Position numbers and translations under genes: made by a program. Below, piece after piece: positions 61,104 to 64,000 of a DNA stretch of 64,000 nt; the stretch's first letter is position 1, and every line of letters begins with the position of its first letter. The notes below the pieces were generated by a model that was given only the letters and a program-made list of their open reading frames with translations, had not been told where the DNA came from and ran no database searches. The stretch comes from Ignavibacteriota bacterium. Its GTDB lineage: Bacteria; Bacteroidota; Ignavibacteria; UBA10030. The stretch is from positions 3,392,001-3,456,000 of the forward strand of contig OY969585.1 in assembly GCA_963701295.1 (NCBI GenBank), written 5' to 3'.

Positions 61104-61565
61104 TCATTTCATCAAGCACATCTTCATTGCTTGCGAATGATTGCCGGTTTTAATCCTGCAGAGATACATACCGCAGATAAGTCCGGAGCCGTTGAATTCT
61201 TGATTAATAGGTAGAGTTTTAATTTTGCCACCTTCATAAATTCGACTTGGCGGATGCAAGGCATCTAATCGATATACCTTTACAAGAAGTGTTTCATTTG
61301 CCGACCATTTGAATCCTTTCAAATCAACCGTGAGAGTATCTTTGATAGGTTGCTCAATGACCATTCGAGCTTTTTTAGTCTCAATGTCATATATCCATAA
61401 AAGACGATGATTATCTGAGTATAACCATACTGGAATTGCTAAATAGCGACCGTTAGGAGAAAAAAAAAGCATCATAAAGGACTTCTCGAATTCGATCCTT
61501 GCCGTAAATATTAGCATAGAAATCGCACATAAGTTCAGAAACTGGTTCGGCATGTGCACAACCAT
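61104..61565 (-). pseudogene. Degraded chimeric ORF: beta-propeller fragment plus T9SS CTD tail
   Basis: FSPNGRYLA..WIYDIET, and GMYLCRIKTG..KMCLMK. Confidence 0.45.
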
Positions 61566-61669
61566 CGTAACGTGTAATTATTGAATCCTGAGATTTTGCG
61601 CAAGAAAATAAAAAAAGATTATTACAAATAATAATTCATTGTGCATTAATAGATTTCCTTATAAATGCC

Positions 61670-61725
61670 AACTAACGGATGACGGCTAAGCTGCCGCCTT
61701 GATAATTTTCATATTATAAGTTCAT
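61670..61725 (-). repeat. attC right half fused directly to the stop codon of the upstream gene
   Basis: aactaacggatgacggctaagctgccgccttgataattttca..aagttcat. Confidence 0.75.
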
Positions 61726-64000
61726 TTCATCAAAATCAGTTTCTTTGTTTCTGCATAGGAACCAGCTTGCAGTCGATAGAAATATATTCCACTTGCTAAA
61801 TTATTTGTATTCCATTGTTTTGTGTAATTTCCTGCCGACATTTCTTCAGAGACAATGGTTGCCATTTCTCTACCTAACAGATCAAATATTTTCAATGATA
61901 CAAACGATCTCAATGGAAGAGTAAATGAAATAGTTGTGGCTGGATTAATCGGGTTGGGGTAGTTTTGCCCGAGGTTGAATGTTTTCGGTATTATGATTGA
62001 TGCGTTTTCAATTCCGGTGCGTGTGTAATCGGACCCATCATACGGAATCAGATCCGTTACCCCAGTCATATTATTTCTCGGAATGAACTGTAGTTTGTTG
62101 TTCGCCAGGAATTTGACCGTACCAAGATATTTTGGTGTATTATAAACGGAATCTCGTAAAACCGCGGCCCATTGCACCGTTGCCCGCCTGCCATTGCCAT
62201 CGTTGTCGCTCTGATTAATTGCCATACCGAAAATATTATTGACTGAAGGTATTATTGCCTCATTGCCACTATTGATGGCTGACCAGTTGACTGCTAGTTC
62301 TAATGCATATCCTCCAGGAATGATTCTTCGTGCCCACTGCTTCAGTGAATCGGGTACGCTATTCAGATTGTCCGCAGCAACTACTCCTGGCGTAGACATG
62401 CCCAGTGCTGTTAAACGTGTACTCCATATCGAATTTGTCATACTATCTGTCGGCTGTGGATCGATTTTGAGTTCGAGGCAATCATTGAACCATACAGTAG
62501 CGGAATTTCCAGAAAGAATGTTGTCCTTGACCTCTTCGTAGAGATAGAACCATTGGTCGTCCCATGCCGTCCATATCTTTGCCGAAAGATCGGCATCGTT
62601 TACCGGGGCGCCATTGTTGTTGTATGCATAAGAACGGATCTGAAGATAGCCGTCGTTAGGACCGGTTAATGCATTATAGAATGTATCTTTCAATCCATCG
62701 ATCACAATGGGGGCACTGTTCATGCTTTCAAAATTACCATGAACCAGAAACTCCCACAATGAATATTGATATGTTGTCCCCCGTTTAGTTCCGTGCATTC
62801 TCACGTAATGAGCATCAACCGGAGGGAAAGATATATATTCAGTGCCTCCATTTCCCGAAGTAGTGCCGTAAACTGTTGTCCAATTATTATTATCTTCCGA
62901 GACGTCGATGGTATAGGCAAGTGCATACGATGTTTCCCAGAAGAGCGTAACGCCGGTGATTTTATAAATTCCCTGAAGGTCTATGGAAATCCACTGAGGA
63001 TCAGAGCCCTCACTTGACCAACGCGATGTGAAATCACCGTCAAAGGCATATTGTGCAAAAAGGTTAGGAATAATAGAAAAAATGCTGGAACTGTTGGTTG
63101 GTTTATGAAGAGCAACACTCGGCAGAATAACATGGACTTTTTTCAGATTTGATGATACCATGCTCGTTCCATCGGCAAAAGAAGCTTTTGCAAAGAGTAT
63201 GTAATCGTTGGGCTGAACTTTATTCCAGAGAAATGTATAAGGCGCAATAGAGCTTTCGGATAGTTTATCCGCGTTTGCATAAAACTCAACTTTTGTTACT
63301 GCTGTATCCGACTCGATTTCTGCGCTCAATTGGATGTCTGGATTAGCATTATAAAATGTGATTACCGGTGAGGTTAACGTTACTTTCGATTTTTGTTTAG
63401 GGTGTGTCAAGAAAAAATCGACGATAAGATCGGTGCAATGTAGAGGGTAAATAAACCACGCATGCCCCCCGTGACTATAAACGTACAGCACAACATCAGC
63501 GCCAGTTCCCGGGGCCGTCCATTCTCGACCAACAACTCCGTTTGAATTATAAAGTGTATCTGCTTTATTCGAACATTTATTCTCGTTTCTCCAATGAGTC
63601 AGGATTGTATCAACACCCGATGTACCCCCGTACGCAACCATAGGATCATCTATGGCATGAATATGGATGATGGGCATCGGTGAAGAAATACTACTTATCA
63701 GACTGCTTTTTAATAATCCTGCAACGGGAGCTATTGCACAAATTTTTGTCGGCAATTTAACAGCCAGGGTATAGCATAAGAATGCACCCAACGAATGACC
63801 GGTAGCATAAACCCTCGTGGTATCGATATTATAATTCGCTTTTAGGGTATCAATTAATTCGGAAATAAAATTAACGTCCACATTGCCCTCGAGATCCCAT
63901 ACTCCACCGGATCCTCTCGGATAAACTGCAATGTAACCCATGATTTCAGCCCGTTCATTGAATCCATTTTTGTAAAGTGTGCTGTCGTTTCCTCCGCTTC
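61722..64000 (-). CDS. Esterase + Ig + F5/8 C + CBM9-like + T9SS CTD; paralog of 59028-60770, 5' end outside the window
   Basis: GHSLG, IHAIDD, GGHAW; WDDQWFYL..V.D..DCLEL..D CBM9-like; QNYPNPINP; frame open to the window edge. Confidence 0.88.
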   Translation of the reverse strand, partial: SGGNDSTLYKNGFNERAEIMGYIAVYPRGSGGVWDLEGNVDVNFISELIDTLKANYNIDTTRVYATGHSLGAFLCYTLAVKLPTKICAIAPVAGLLKSSLISSISSPMPIIHIHAIDDPMVAYGGTSGVDTILTHWRNENKCSNKADTLYNSNGVVGREWTAPGTGADVVLYVYSHGGHAWFIYPLHCTDLIVDFFLTHPKQKSKVTLTSPVITFYNANPDIQLSAEIESDTAVTKVEFYANADKLSESSIAPYTFLWNKVQPNDYILFAKASFADGTSMVSSNLKKVHVILPSVALHKPTNSSSIFSIIPNLFAQYAFDGDFTSRWSSEGSDPQWISIDLQGIYKITGVTLFWETSYALAYTIDVSEDNNNWTTVYGTTSGNGGTEYISFPPVDAHYVRMHGTKRGTTYQYSLWEFLVHGNFESMNSAPIVIDGLKDTFYNALTGPNDGYLQIRSYAYNNNGAPVNDADLSAKIWTAWDDQWFYLYEEVKDNILSGNSATVWFNDCLELKIDPQPTDSMTNSIWSTRLTALGMSTPGVVAADNLNSVPDSLKQWARRIIPGGYALELAVNWSAINSGNEAIIPSVNNIFGMAINQSDNDGNGRRATVQWAAVLRDSVYNTPKYLGTVKFLANNKLQFIPRNNMTGVTDLIPYDGSDYTRTGIENASIIIPKTFNLGQNYPNPINPATTISFTLPLRSFVSLKIFDLLGREMATIVSEEMSAGNYTKQWNTNNLASGIYFYRLQAGSYAETKKLILMK

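Larger units (their letters stand above)
44590..64000. mobile_element. Genomic island B on the 5' side of tRNA-Ser(TGA), extending beyond the window
   Basis: AAA helicase remnant, iteron-like arrays, attC cassette arrays, backbone repeats shared with island A. Confidence 0.65.

Overview
Chromosomal window from a Bacteroidota/Chlorobi-group bacterium, most likely Ignavibacteria. This is inferred from the gene content and from the many 'QNYPNPFNP'-type T9SS C-terminal sorting domains. Two housekeeping blocks are present. The first (1-9.4 kb) holds the F0F1 atp genes, bactofilin, an M23 peptidase and rpsU. The second (23.6-44.6 kb) holds greA, ribBA, yajC, tgt, nnr, nuoJKLM-antiporter-N, an ABC transporter, asnS, folK/folB, gltX and two tRNA-Ser genes. 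Two related accessory islands alternate with these blocks: one at ~9.5-22.7 kb next to tRNA-Leu with a dead tyrosine integrase, and one from ~44.6 kb to the window end next to tRNA-Ser with an AAA helicase remnant. The islands share non-coding backbone modules: a ~155-bp conserved segment, TGGCAA/CTATAG iteron-like arrays, and a repeated terminator-promoter-GTT 'docking' module. Both carry integron-type gene cassettes with long (156-195 bp), closely related attC sites, although no IntI is in the window; one cassette is a 3-kb T9SS cargo gene. The most unusual signal is in the tRNA-Gly/Cys/Leu operon. An 85-aa GIY-YIG gene sits between a duplicated 5' end of tRNA-Cys and the intact tRNA-Cys, and takes its likely RBS and its stop codon from tRNA sequence. 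The duplicated 5' halves of both tRNA-Cys and tRNA-Gly are interrupted by a 15-nt YCCGC-N5-GCGGR hairpin. The same hairpin family occurs as an in-frame tandem insertion (SAKGGSGSGG) in nuoL. All calls were made by reading the sequence; no database search was run.
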